This document shows positions 26,560 through 37,860 of a DNA stretch of 64,000 bases, piece by piece. The stretch is from assembly GCA_964252035.1 (NCBI GenBank), contig OZ176200.1; one strand, written 5' to 3'. This DNA is from Podarcis erhardii (Eukaryota). Within the stretch, counting starts at the first letter, position 1. Each line of letters opens with the position of its first letter. The notes below the pieces were generated by a model. It saw nothing but the letters and a program-made list of their open reading frames with translations, had not been told where the DNA came from and searched no databases. The translations under genes and the position numbers were made by a program.

Positions 26560-27420
26560 TTATACAAATTCTCGGGCGGGGTTTTTTTTTTTTAAAGGTA
26601 TTCGGCAATTTAATTAGCCAGCGGCACCACTTACTTGGGAGCAAGCCCCGCTGAATTCAGTAGGTCTTTACCTCTGAGCAGTATTGCGCCGTTCCACCAT
26701 TATTCCCATAGGCAAATTCAGACCACACCCGCGACTGCGTAGACCAATGGCTGCTCCCGCAGCCACATAGCCCCACAAAGCAATGGCGGCTTAAGCTACG
26801 CCTTCCCCTCCTTACCCCCGCAGAGCAATGGCGACTTTTACGCGCCGTCATGTGACGTCGCATTCTACAAGCGAGCGCTGTTGAGTGTGACGTGTCAAGA
26901 CGCCCAAGAACGCTATGCGCGAGGCTGTGGAGCCGCGGTCCGGCTACGGATGCTGCCGGGTCGATTAAGCAAGGTAATTCCGATTCCCTCTCCGCGCGCT
27001 CGCTGCAGCCCCGAGTGGTTGCCTAGCAACTGAGCCAGCTTGCGCGTAGGAGCGCGGGCCCTGTCTTTGTGGGCCTGGGCGAAGGTGCGCCCTTCCTGTG
27101 GAGGAGGGAGCAGGCATAGGGCTCCCTCCCCAGGGACGTCCCCACAGCTGCGCCCTTTGGCACGGTCCTCGAGACCTGGGAGGGGACCTCTGCGGCCTCC
27201 AGTTGCTGCTGCTTCGTCTTCCCTTGTGGCGTTTCTGTGCCTCAAGAGCCCCTTGACCAGGTGGAACTTCACCAGGGGAAGTTTTCTCTCTAGGGGTGGG
27301 AGGGAAGCGCTGCAGCTGTTGGATGTTTTGCCCGCCATGCAGCAATTCAAGGCACTGTAACTGTGCCAGAGGGCAAGGCGGGGGGGGGGGGAGAGAGAGG
27401 GAGTGACTCCGCCCTTAAAT
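26560..27420 (+). promoter_or_regulatory. SEC22A: CpG island / SEC22A promoter
   Basis: Sharp rise in GC and CpG against a CpG-poor background. Contains CAATGGC x3, GTCATGTGAC, TGACGT x2 and a splice donor at 26974. Confidence 0.8.
26860..26973 (+). other. SEC22A: SEC22A non-coding exon 1 (start approximate)
   Basis: AAG|GTAATT donor at 26973/26974 inside the CpG island. The first coding exon has a strong acceptor upstream of its ATG, so an upstream exon is required. TSS not determinable from sequence. Confidence 0.6.
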
Positions 27421-27579
27421 ACCTGAGCTAATGTAGCTGGGTGTGTGTTTGTGATTCGCATACCCCCCTCTAGGGTTTTGGCAAAAGGCGTATTAGGGAG
27501 GATTTGGAGAAGACAGTGCTCTCGCATAATGAGCTTTGGGAAGGGATGTGTATTTAGGATTTTAGGCTACCACTAAAAA

Positions 27580-27674
27580 CTGAAGAAGTGTGCATGCACA
27601 CGAAAGCTCATACCAAGAACTGACTTAGTTGGTCTTTAAGGTGCTACTGGAAGGAATTTGTTTTGTTTTGACTA
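27580..27674 (+). mobile_element. Solo Neptune-type PLE pLTR fragment starting at the hammerhead core
   Basis: Near-identical to the reverse complement of about 42048-42144; flanked by an 11-bp direct repeat ACTAAAAACTG (27572-27582, 27671-27681). Confidence 0.85.
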
Positions 27675-27960
27675 AAAACTGCATTCCTGAGTGCAAGGCC
27701 TCTTGGTAGTTGTGGAAAAGAAGGGTGCCCTTTGGTTTTCCCCCCTTGCCCTTCAAAGCAGGGTGCTTCTAGTGGGGGATTTAATGAGACTATTAGTTTG
27801 ATGCTTTATGATTTATTAAAATAAAAGGGGGTGAGGGAATCCTTCCCTCAGCCTTCCCTTATATGATACTGGGGGGGGGGGGGGAATGCTGTGACGTTTT
27901 AGGGCAATTGTTGTAGGTATGGCTGTGGAAAGTTATTAAGTGGTTAGTAAAGGTACAGTA

Positions 27961-28321
27961 AAGGTAAAGGGACCCCTGACTGTTAGGTCCAGTCACGGAC
28001 GACTGGGGTTGCAGCGCTCATCTCGCTTTATTGGCCGAGGGAGCTGGTGTTTGTCCGCAGACAGCTTCTGAGTCATGTGGCCAGCATGACTAAGCCGCTT
28101 CTGGCAAACCAGAGCAGCGCACGGAAACGCCATTTACCTTCCCGCTGGAGAGGTACCTATTTATCTACTTGCACTTTGACATGCTTTCGAACTGCTAGGT
28201 TGGCAGAAGCAGGGACTGAGCAATGGGAGCTCATCCCCTCATTGTGGGGATTTAAACCGCCGACCTTCTGATCGGCAAGCCCTAGGCTCTGTGGTTTAGA
28301 CCACAGCGCCACCCGTGTCCC
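27961..28321 (-). mobile_element. Full-length Sauria SINE
   Basis: tRNA-like head at right (box A TGGCGCTGTGG on the minus strand), (ACCTTT) tail at left, 12-bp TSD AAAGGTACAGTA (27949-27960, 28322-28333). Confidence 0.92.
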
Positions 28322-28332
28322 AAAGGTACAGT

Positions 28333-28520
28333 AGAATCATAGAATTATAGAACTGCAGAGTTAGAAGGCAACCCAAGGGTCATTTAGTCCAACCCCCTGC
28401 AATGCAGGAATCACATCTAAAGAATCCCTAATGGATGGCCATCCAGCCTCTGTTTAAAAACCTGAAATGAAGGAGAGTCCACCACATCCTGAGGGAGTAC
28501 ATGCCAGGAAGTTCTTCCTT
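28333..28520 (-). mobile_element. CR1 LINE 3' fragment
   Basis: AGAATCATAGAATT tail, GTCCAACCCCCTGCAATGCAGG and GGCCATCCAGCCTCTGTTTAAA, as recalled for the reverse strand of CR1 3' ends. Confidence 0.75.
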
Positions 28521-28938
28521 ACCACTGTGGGTTAGGCCTCAGCTTCTTGAGCATGCTGTTATTGCTTAATGAATGTAATAATACTGTGGTAATTACTGAT
28601 TTGGCCATATGGTACTCTGAGCTGTGTATCCCTGAGGTTACATTAATAATGTAACTCTCTTCAAATGGTAACAGTATTCTATAGTGTTAACTCAAAAAGC
28701 TACAAGTGTATTCCTTTAAGGTTGCTAAGAGGAAGTTGTTCAATCAAGGAGAGATCACTCTATTTCTTACATGTTGTTGCAAATAAATGGTGCTGCAGTG
28801 TTAAAAATGGTGTTAAAGTGAAATAATTTTTTCTCCTTCAGTGGTTTACATGAGATTCATTGTTATCTTGTCCTATAAAAAACTTTTCATTTGACTCTTC
28901 TGAAATTTTATTGACTGTCAGTGGGATTGCTAAATGTA

Positions 28939-29256
28939 CAGTGGTGCCTCGCAAGACGAAAAGAATCCGTTCCGCGATTCTCTTCGTCTAGCGGTTTTTT
29001 CGTCTTGCGAAGCAAGCCCATTGACGGCTTAGCGCTATTAGCGGCTTAGCGGCTTAGCGGATCAGCTGATAAGCGGCTTAGCGGCTTCGAAAAAAGGGGG
29101 GGGAGGAAAAAAAACCGCAGGAACTCGCAATACATTTTCGTCTTGCGAAACAAGCCCATAGGGAAATTCATTTTGCGAAGCGCCTCCAAAACGGAAAACC
29201 CTTTCGTCTAGCGGGTTTTCCGTCTTGCGAGGCGTTCGTCTTGTGGGGCACCACTG
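28939..29256. mobile_element. Tc1/mariner-type MITE, family B, young (CpG-rich)
   Basis: TIRs CAGTGGTGCCTCGCAAGACGAA / TTCGTCTTGTGGGGCACCACTG, TA TSD, internal (TTAGCGGC)-type repeats. Confidence 0.9.
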
Positions 29257-29862
29257 TAGTTTGATTTTAAGTGCAATCCTGTGTATATGTACTCAGAAGG
29301 AAGTCCCAAAGAATGAGTTTGTTAGTTTATTTAAAGGTATTTATACATTGGTTTTCAGCTAAGTAAAACCAGAGCGGTTCACAAAATACATATTAAAACC
29401 ATTATAAAATTATACCCACTGCAGCCAGCAATAAATACTATTTCAAGCTGGGTCTGATTTATGGAATATAGGGTTCTTTAATTGTTATGTATTGTTACTT
29501 TTCCTTATTTTATGCTCTGCTTTATGTTTATGCTCTTAAAATTTTGCAAGTTGCTTAGGAAGTCCTTACGTAGCAAGCAGTTATTAAAATGAAATAATAA
29601 TAGCAAAGGTTGAGGTAAAGAGCTAAGTCTGAAGCAGGTGTTGAAATCCAGCACAATATCGGCACCAAGCATATTTCAAGGCAGAGGGAGTTCTGTGAAA
29701 CGGATGCAACCACAAGAAAGGCCCTTGCTTAGGTTCCCGCATTCTGTGCCACAGCCAGTGGTGACACCATTAGGAGAGCCTCCTTTGATGATCTTTACAA
29801 ACAAGTACGGTAGGTCTGTATGGAAGCAAATGCTCCTTCAGATATCCAGGCTCCAACTTGTA

Positions 29863-30095
29863 CAGTGGTACCTCTGGTTACATACTTACCGTAATTTGTT
29901 CTGGAGGTCCTTTGTTAACCTGAAACTGTTCTTAACCTGAAGCACCACTTTAGCTAATGGGGCCTCCCGCTGCCACACGATTTCTGTTCTCATCCTGAAG
30001 CAAAGTTCTTAACCCGAGGTACTATTTCTGGGTTAGCGGAGTCTGTAATCTGAAGCGTATGTAACCTGGAGCGTATGTAACCAGAGGTACCACTG
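29863..30095 (+). mobile_element. MITE family A copy 4
   Basis: Perfect 23-bp TIR CAGTGGTACCTCTGGTTACATAC with TA TSD. Confidence 0.9.
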
Positions 30096-30169
30096 TATTG
30101 GCAATACAATGACTGACTTCTAGGTGGGACTTGCTCATAGGTGCATATGATCTTAGCTTCGGTGTTGCT

Positions 30170-30299
30170 CATAGATAGGGAACCTATAGCCCTCCATATG
30201 CTGTTGGATACCAGCTCCCATGAGCCTCAGCCAGTCAGGGACAACTGTAGTTCTAGTCCAGCAACATCTGGATAGTAAGTTACAGGTTCCCTATCCTTG
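30170..30299. mobile_element. Degenerate hAT-type MITE
   Basis: Termini ...GATAGGGAACC / GGTTCCCTATC...; interior resembles the 22945-23112 module. Confidence 0.5.
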
Positions 30300-31548
30300 C
30301 CTTAAAGTATGGGGCTGTCTTCCACCTTTCAAGATACGAGCATTGAGACTGGAAACGTGAGCATAGCCTAGTGAAAATATGGTTCAGAGCTATGGCAGCT
30401 GCATTTGTGGTTATAGCTTCAAAGCAATGGAGATTCAGCTGGGACCTTGGAGTCAACCCTTAGTCACCATGAGGCAAACAGGCAAGTGGCTGATTACAAG
30501 CCTATTTTATTGTAAATAATGAAAAATAACATAACAATCCGTTGTTAATGCAAGCCCCTTTTAGGTTGCTGAAAGGACTGCCAGTCAACACAATTGAACA
30601 CATTATTAAATAACAGATTTCAGCCATTATACTTGCCTATGTGGGCTTATGAAGAACAAAATAATAAAATGTTAGCCAGACAACTGTAATATCTGCCAAT
30701 ATTGGCACATGATTTATTGCCTTCTGTGTATCACTATGTACCATAATACAGGCTGTCTATCCACAGTATTATTTTAAAAGCAATTGTCATGCATCCCATT
30801 ACTTTATTTATTATGTTTCTGAGAAAGCCAAAAGTTTTTAAAAGGATGTATTCATACATATCTCAAATTTAAATAGGAAAAAAATCATTAAAACATAAAC
30901 ATAAGGACACTAAAGGAGAAACCTTATAATAAGGAAAAGGATTTTGCTTAATAATACTTCGTTCAGCATTCCAGCAGTTTCTAAGCCATTTCCATTCTTC
31001 TCCAAACACATCAATTTTGTTTCTCTTCTCTAACACAAAAATATATTATGTAATTTTATTCATGATTTCTTTGCCCCATAATTTTCTATACCATTCTTTC
31101 AGAGATGGAAAAAGAAATTGTCTCCTTAGTTTTCCAGTACAGTATGTTGCAAATAAAAGTATAGCTGTAACAGTGCTCTTTTCTTTCAGGAATAGTTGTT
31201 TCAGAAAACCTTTAGGCATAATCCTAAACACACTCACAAGGGAGTAGGCCCCACTGAACACAATGTGTTATTAAACTTAATTTTTGGTTTGGAGAAATAT
31301 GAGCTTAAGTATATTGTTATATTATTAGCAGAATGTGTGACCAATAAGTTTTGTTCTTACACACATGTCCCCCAACAGTCTGCAAAACCCACCTTTCTTT
31401 CATCTTGCTTTGAACTTATTTCACTACCATTAGAGTGTTAGACAACACTGTGATAGTAATTTATAGAAATTGTCTGAGTACAAAATATTTTCACCCAAAT
31501 ATATTTCTGCAAGATTACTGACAGCTTAACTTTTAAGGTCTCCCATCA

Positions 31549-31595
<47 letters not shown>

Positions 31596-31599
<4 letters not shown>

Positions 31600-31795
31600 T
31601 TTCGTAGATTTTCACGGGTACAGGAATGCAGGTTTTGGTGTCCTCGGGTGTCTTCCCGTGTAAAAGTTGGGGTGTCTAGGCGACGTTTCGACGAGGTCTC
31701 ACTCACCAGCCTGAAGATGACGAGTGAGACCTCGTCGAAACGTCGCCTAGACACCCCAACTTTTACACGGGAAGACACCCGAGGACACCAAAACC

Positions 31796-31800
<5 letters not shown>
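31596..31800. mobile_element. Fold-back, pLTR-only Poseidon-type PLE insertion within (TA)n
   Basis: Minus-strand pLTR end 31596-31704 joined to plus-strand pLTR 31705-31800. 79-bp inverted arms (31626-31704 / 31722-31800), identical to 39583-39862. (AT)n on both sides (31552-31597, 31799-31844). Confidence 0.92.
31706..31749 (+). ncRNA. Minimal type I hammerhead ribozyme motif (PLE pLTR)
   Basis: CUGAAGA 31711-31717, stem II GACGAG/CUCGUC, then GAAACGUC; predicted cleavage after 31744. Stem I is weak. Confidence 0.65.
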
Positions 31801-31846
<46 letters not shown>

Positions 31847-33719
31847 CCGGACCCTCGGACCCTCTTCTGTCCCGATATGTAAGCCACCCTTACTCTGAAC
31901 CAACTTGCAAGGCTTCTTCAATACTTTGCTGTGCATGTTTCATTTTCTGAGGGGCAAACTAAATATGGCAGTCTTTGCCTTTAACATACAGATTTTTAAA
32001 AAATGCTATTAGCAGCTGTCTGGATGGCTGATAAATATTGGGATGGAGGACATGTGGAGGGAGAATTTACCGTACCCATTTTCTGCCTTGCAGTTACAAT
32101 GGAAATAATTTCGTGAAAACCTGTAAAGTTCCCATCGGCACTTTGGGAGCTTTCCCTTAATGCAGAGAGCACATCTGGAGAATGCTCCACATCTGCTGTG
32201 ATCCCAGTGATTTTCAGTCCCCTCCCAAGTGGATGGTTAGTACATTTTAAAAGGAATTTAAATCAGACACACATTTAACATTGCATAGTTTATCCCTGAG
32301 CAGAGGCCAATTTAGCCACACATTTGGAGGTGTAATGCCAAGGAAACTGACCAAGTGATTGAGGAGTGGTGCTCCAAAGCAAATATGGAGTGCTGCAGCC
32401 TGTGAAGATGTCCTCACTCTCTTGAGTGGAGCTGTCTTCCCCACAGAAAAAAACGGGGATGATTATACACGTAGGAGCTCTGCTTGTGGGTAGCAGCGCA
32501 TATGGTAGTCTGTCTCAGAGGGAGCTTTTTAAACTGTTGCTATTATTTCACACACTGGCAAATCCAAGTTATGCAATTCAAGTTGATGAGGACTCTTGCA
32601 TGACAAACCCACTCTTTCCCCCAAATCAGACATTTCACAATAAGGAAAGTCATTGGATGCACCGGAAAGTGGAGAATGATGATTGCTTGATGTCATGTAA
32701 CTTCCCCGTATATTAATCAAAATGAATGCTCGATAAGTAGCCAACATCTTCTAACCTCTCCACAATCTTTGTGCATATTAATAAGGATAAATGCTCAATA
32801 AACAGTTCATCTGGAAGCAACCAGAGTATTTCTAAAAGTGCAAGATGTAAGGATGGAGATAACAGGATAATAGCATTCTCAAATGATATACATAATAGAG
32901 GAGCAGCTCACAGGCGAATTTAATCCACAAGCACATTTTATATCATGCAATGAGGTATGAACATGGTTTCACTTAGAACCCCTTTGACTAATGATATGAG
33001 ATAGGGCTGTAGCTAAATACAGCTTTGTGCTACTATCATCTGGTAATGCATGGAAAACAGCTTGCCGGTTTTAGGGAGGCTTATCTTTTGGAAGAGTGAC
33101 TAATTTGCCTTTGCATAAATAGGAGTTCAAAGGAAATGAATGCTGTTTATCCAGGATTTAGGGAAGATTTTGTAAAATAGATCTAGTCCTGTGAAGCTCT
33201 AACCACCTCCAGTTCCCTAGTATCTGGGATTTTTTTTGTTTTGTATCTCTGGTCCTAAAATACAAAAACCTGAGAGAAAAGGAGATTCTGTACTAGCTTT
33301 ATACGTTGCAGAATTGTTTCAAAATAACAGAAATTGCATTATATAATAAGGTCACCAGAATTATACCTTGTTTTGTCATGTAAGATTAATTTTGATTTAT
33401 GGAAATTTGGATAAGGATAGGAGAAATCTCTTTCTAGGTAGAATAGTATTAAGACTGAACTCATTGACTTTTTTATTGTAGGAAATTTGTTTATACAGTA
33501 TGCAATCTTGTAAGTGAACTGTTGGAACACATGTTGCATCTGTGAATTACAGATTACATTTAAACTGACAGATGTGCAGTTAAACTATTTTAGCCTCATG
33601 AACAAAACTAGTCTAGTTCTAGTGTCCTACAGAACACACCATTACATTGCCTTTTAAAAATTGTTTTTATTAAAGGATTTTCATGGTTAACAAGGGTACA
33701 TACAACGTCTCTGTTTTCA

Positions 33720-34810
33720 GAGGTATGTGCCTGTAATGGTGCAGCCTCTCCAGCATTTAGGTGAGGTTCCTGGGTGTATCAGCGCCAGCTTCCGAGGTGG
33801 TAAAGGTAAAGGTAAAGGGACTCCTAACCATTAGGTCCAGTCGCAGACGACTCTGGGGTTGCAGCGCTCATCTCGCTTTATTGGCCGAGGGAGCCAGCGT
33901 ATGGCTTCCAGGTCATGTGGCCAGCATGACTTAAGCCGTTTCTGGCGAACCAGAGCAGCACACGGAAATGCTGTTTACCTTCCCGCCGGAGTGGTACCTA
34001 TTTATCTACTTGTACTTCGTGCTTTCGAACTGCTAGTTGGGCAGGAGCTGGGACCGAGCAACAGGAGCTCACTCCGTTGCTGGGATTCGAACCATCGACC
34101 TTCTGATCAGCAAGCCCTAGGCTCTGTGGTTTAACCCACAGCGCCACCCACATCCCGAGGTGCTAGGTACCATCTATAAATTAGTTTCAAAGTCAGTTCT
34201 CTTCTTTTGGTTGAGATGGACTTAAAGGGTGGTTTAGATCATAGTTTAAACAGAGTTTTAAACACAGTTTTGAAGGGTCTTGAGTAGTAGTTTGTATATT
34301 GTGGATTCCATCCCCTTGCTGTGTCCCTCTGTTGTTAGAAGTTTATCGAAGGTGTTCAGAGTCCTTTGACTGCTGGGTTATTTAAGAAGGTGTGCAGTTG
34401 GTGTTGGGTCAGCCAGGGTATACAAACTAGGGGACACCTAGTTTTCCCTAGTTTGTCTTTTATTTTTTGTGTTAGTATGGGTTTGTCATTTTTGTAGAAG
34501 TCTGTTAGGCTGTGTAAACCTTTGACTTGCCATGCTTTTGTTTGGAAGCTGTGGGCTGCATGGTGGAATAGTGGGTGGTGGCCAGGGGGATTAATGGGTT
34601 TGGGGGCAGTTTACCTGCTTTCTCCTTCCACACTTTAAGCATGGATTGTGTGAACCTGTTTAGTGTTGTGAGGATTTTCTTTAGTTTGTTTTCAAGGAAC
34701 GGATACACTGGTACTTCCAGTTGCATCTCTCTCCCTGTGCAACCATTGTTTTCTTTAAAAAAAAGCTGACAAAAATAGCTTTGTGTTAAACACTTTGGCT
34801 GGCGCATTCA
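33720..34810 (-). mobile_element. Degenerate L1-clade LINE ORF2 C-terminal fragment, split by a Sauria SINE
   Basis: With the SINE removed, the minus strand reads L*SKPPFKSISTKRRELTLKLIYRWYLAPRKLALIHPGTSPKCWRGCTITGTYL, the RWY...CWRGC signature of vertebrate L1 ORF2. ORF 34505-34807 is the upstream part. Boundaries approximate. Confidence 0.75.
33800..34154 (-). mobile_element. Full-length Sauria SINE nested in L1
   Basis: (AAAGGT)n at left, box B GGTTCGAATCC on the minus strand, 8-bp TSD CCGAGGTG (33792-33799, 34155-34162). Confidence 0.92.
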
Positions 34811-36665
34811 TAATGCTTCTTAATCATTCATAATGGTTTAAGAATTCATGCGTGCCCCACAGGTTCAGACACTTTTCCCTCTTGGATGTGAATTTTCCTC
34901 TCCCTTTCATTTTCAAAGCTAACCCATGTTACATCTGTACTGTATCAAACTGCAATTTGCAAATATGTTTCTAACCGTGGTTGCAAACTGGCTTGGCACT
35001 AACCATTGTTAAAAGTGGGTTCGTGAGCGGTGGTTTGAGCTAAACGTGGCTTTGTTCCATTAATGGCATTTAAAAGTAACTTGCTACTATTCATTCTTAG
35101 GGCAGTGTTTTGTACCGCTATACATAAGAAATTGGGCAGGCAGACTATGGTATTTAGTGAATAAGTGACATATTTGCATCTGATCTACAATTTTGGGCTG
35201 GCTTGGCAGCTATGTCAAAAAATTTAGTTGCCCACTCCCTGCCTATCATTCTCCTGCCACCTTCTTTCCATCCCTCTTCCACCCACTGGCCTTTCCCAAG
35301 GGAAAAGAGAAATGTACATGCGGTTGAGTGTACTTGAGTGCTGCTGCTTTAATGTACTTGCAGCATCTTCAGGGAGCAGCATGCAACCCTGGAGCTGGGA
35401 AGCAGTGCAGATGACAATTCACAAACTGTGATAATCCTTGCCCAGCTCTCCAGGTTGACTGACTTTAGGGTGGTGACCGAGTGGAATTGTGGGAGTCTGT
35501 AGATACCAAAAGCATTCTGTTTGGTAAGTTTCACAATGTTCTCCTAGTTTTATGAGTACTTTAAAGAGAAACTTGAGTGTTTCTTAATTACAGTTTGGGA
35601 TATTTTACAAAAAGACTGCCTAGTAGGCATTTTAAATGCCTGCTATGAGTTATTACTAGAGATACCTTCTGCATTATGAATGTTTTAATAAGCTCTTCCT
35701 GTTTTCCACATATTATGAAGTATCATATATCTCACTGCTAGGAATAATATCCAGCTAGGAGCAAATCCCATATGCTAAGAGCAAACTCATTCTCCAACTT
35801 GTGTAGCCCCCAAAAGCAAAAGAGGAAGGTATGGGCAGGCTGTGTGTTTAAAGGAGGGAGGCTAAGTCAGCTCAGTGTACCGTGCAGTGCTGGTTGACTG
35901 CTGGAGTTGGGGAATGCAAACTAATGCGGAGGGGAAATGGAAAGGACTGTTCTGGAATAGGCCATGATTGATTGGCTGGCTAGAACTCTGAACAAGAGCA
36001 CTCCACACTGCAATATTTGTGGCAGGAGTTATAAATGAATGCAAGCAAGCAGGATGACAGCCAAAGCTAGGACACTGTGAAACAGGAGGGGAGGCACCAG
36101 CATGTTCAGGAGAACCCCAATGTTAGCAAAAAATTCATAGGGACCATTCGGTCTCCACCAAACAGTTCAGTTAAGGCTGAGTATGCTTAGTGGTCACTCA
36201 TTGAGTGAGTGAATGGAAAAGTGGGTGAAACAGAATAGAGCAGCCTGGATGAGGCTATGGCTGGCTGGAATATTGTACAGAAACACTTTACAACATTTTG
36301 TTGCAGGGCCCACTTATATATATTTCAGTGGTGATGCAGTTTTGTGGTTGGAACAATTTGTGACTGCTCTTCTTCCCCCAGTTGTGGTGACAGAATTACT
36401 TTTGTGATGGTTTGCTAAATGCCATATGAATATAAGAAATAGGATTAGGTGCATACGAAGTCAGCTCTAACTAGCTCAGTTTTGTGTATAGTACACTGTC
36501 TGGTTGTGGCACTCCAGAGTTTCAGATGGGATATTCTCAGGGGTTGAACCAGGGATTTTACTAGAACCCCGAGATGCACTTACTGGAAATGTAGTGAATG
36601 AAAGCAAAGGTAAATCAAACTCTCTATGTATGTTCTGTTTCAGATTTTCCTTGTGCCTGCTGGCA

Positions 36666-36847
36666 ATGTCCATGATCTTGTCTGCCTCGGTGGTCCGTGT
36701 GAGAGATGGACTTCCTCTATCTGCTTCTACTGATTATGAGCAAAACGTTGGTGTGCAGGAGTGCCAAAAATACTTCAAAACTATTGCAAAGAGACTTTCT
36801 CAGCTTCCTGATAGATGCACACTTCATGCAGGACTGTATAACCTAAA
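36666..36847 (+). CDS. SEC22A: Vesicle-trafficking protein SEC22a, coding exon 1 (longin domain)
   Basis: Acceptor TTTCAG ends 36643, ATG at 36666, donor GTAAGT at 36848. Reads [26 protein letters not shown]..., matching recalled human SEC22A. Confidence 0.97.
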
Positions 36848-37339
36848 GTAAGTATTATTTGGGATTTTATCTTGTTTTAATCTTGTTTCATATACAACTG
36901 TTGGCTGCTATAATAGGGAGTGAAACAACTATTTGTTTTTTTTTTTGGGGGGGGAACTAGGTTAGCTTTAAGTGATGATGTATTTTCATAAATCTTAAGT
37001 ATGAAGGCATTTGTACAACTGCTTCATTCCTCATATAAGTAAGCACATAAATTGTGGTAATCCTCAGAGATCCCGTTTTGCATTCCACTGCCATGAGACA
37101 GGGCCTTTTTGGTGGCAGCATCTCAACTGTGGAACTCCCTCCCAAAGAAGGTTAGACTGGCCCCATCTCTGATATCTTTAAAACAAGAGGTTAAGACATT
37201 TTTCTTCTGTCAGTCTTCTAGTTTTAAATTTGTCTGTTCGGATCCCCATTTTTGTGGGGAGAGGAGAATCTGTTTTATGTAGCTCTTCAATGCTCCCCAG
37301 TTTTTAATTGTAATGAAATTTTAATTGTTATAAATACAG

Positions 37340-37440
37340 TAATAATAATAATAATAAAAATTTTTATTTATATCCCGCTCTCCCCAGCCAAAGCCGGGCT
37401 CAGGGTGGCTAACAACAATAAAACAGTACAACAGTACAAC
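37340..37440 (-). mobile_element. L2-type LINE 3' end with (TTA)n tail
   Basis: (TAA)n then TTTATATCCCGCTCTCCCCAGCCAAAGCCGGGCTCAG; same family as 58949-59100. Confidence 0.65.
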
Positions 37441-37582
37441 ACAACACAATTCCTTATAAAATTAATTCAAATAAATTTTGTTTTTTTGATATTTATAAAT
37501 CATTTTATAAATATATTTATATTTTTTATAAATATTTTTTATAAATATTGTTTCAGTATTGCTTAACAACAACAACAATTTG

Positions 37583-37860
37583 CATCCTGCCTATCTTACT
37601 GGGTTGTCCCAGCACTTCTGGGTGGCTTCCAACACATATAAAAACATAGGAAAACATTAAACCTTAAAGAGCTGCCTTCAGATCTCTCCTAAAAAATATA
37701 TAATTACTCATCTTCTTGACATCTGGTGGTAGGGCATTTCACAGGGTGGGAGCCACTACCGAGAACGCCCTCTTCCTGGTTCCCTGTTGCTTCACTTCTT
37801 GCAGTGAGGGAACTGCCAGAAGTCCCTCTGTGCTGGATCTCAGTGTCCAGGCTGAACCAT
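37583..37860 (-). mobile_element. L2-type LINE 3' fragment
   Basis: CTGGGTTGTCCCAGCACTTCTGGGTGGCTTCC...GGGCATTTCACAGGGTGGGAGCCACTACCGAGAACGCCC; shares sequence with 17540-17690. Confidence 0.6.

Noticed and set aside
26913-27527. 204-aa and 126-aa minus-strand ORFs and a 106-aa plus-strand ORF over the CpG island
   Set aside because: GC-rich DNA is stop-poor. No recognisable domain, and the region is explained as the SEC22A promoter, exon 1 and intron 1.
31533-31950. Identical peptides MSSRVKVGVSRRRFDEV... here and at 39809-40223
   Set aside because: These are antisense translations of identical pLTR copies running into (TA)n, not genes.
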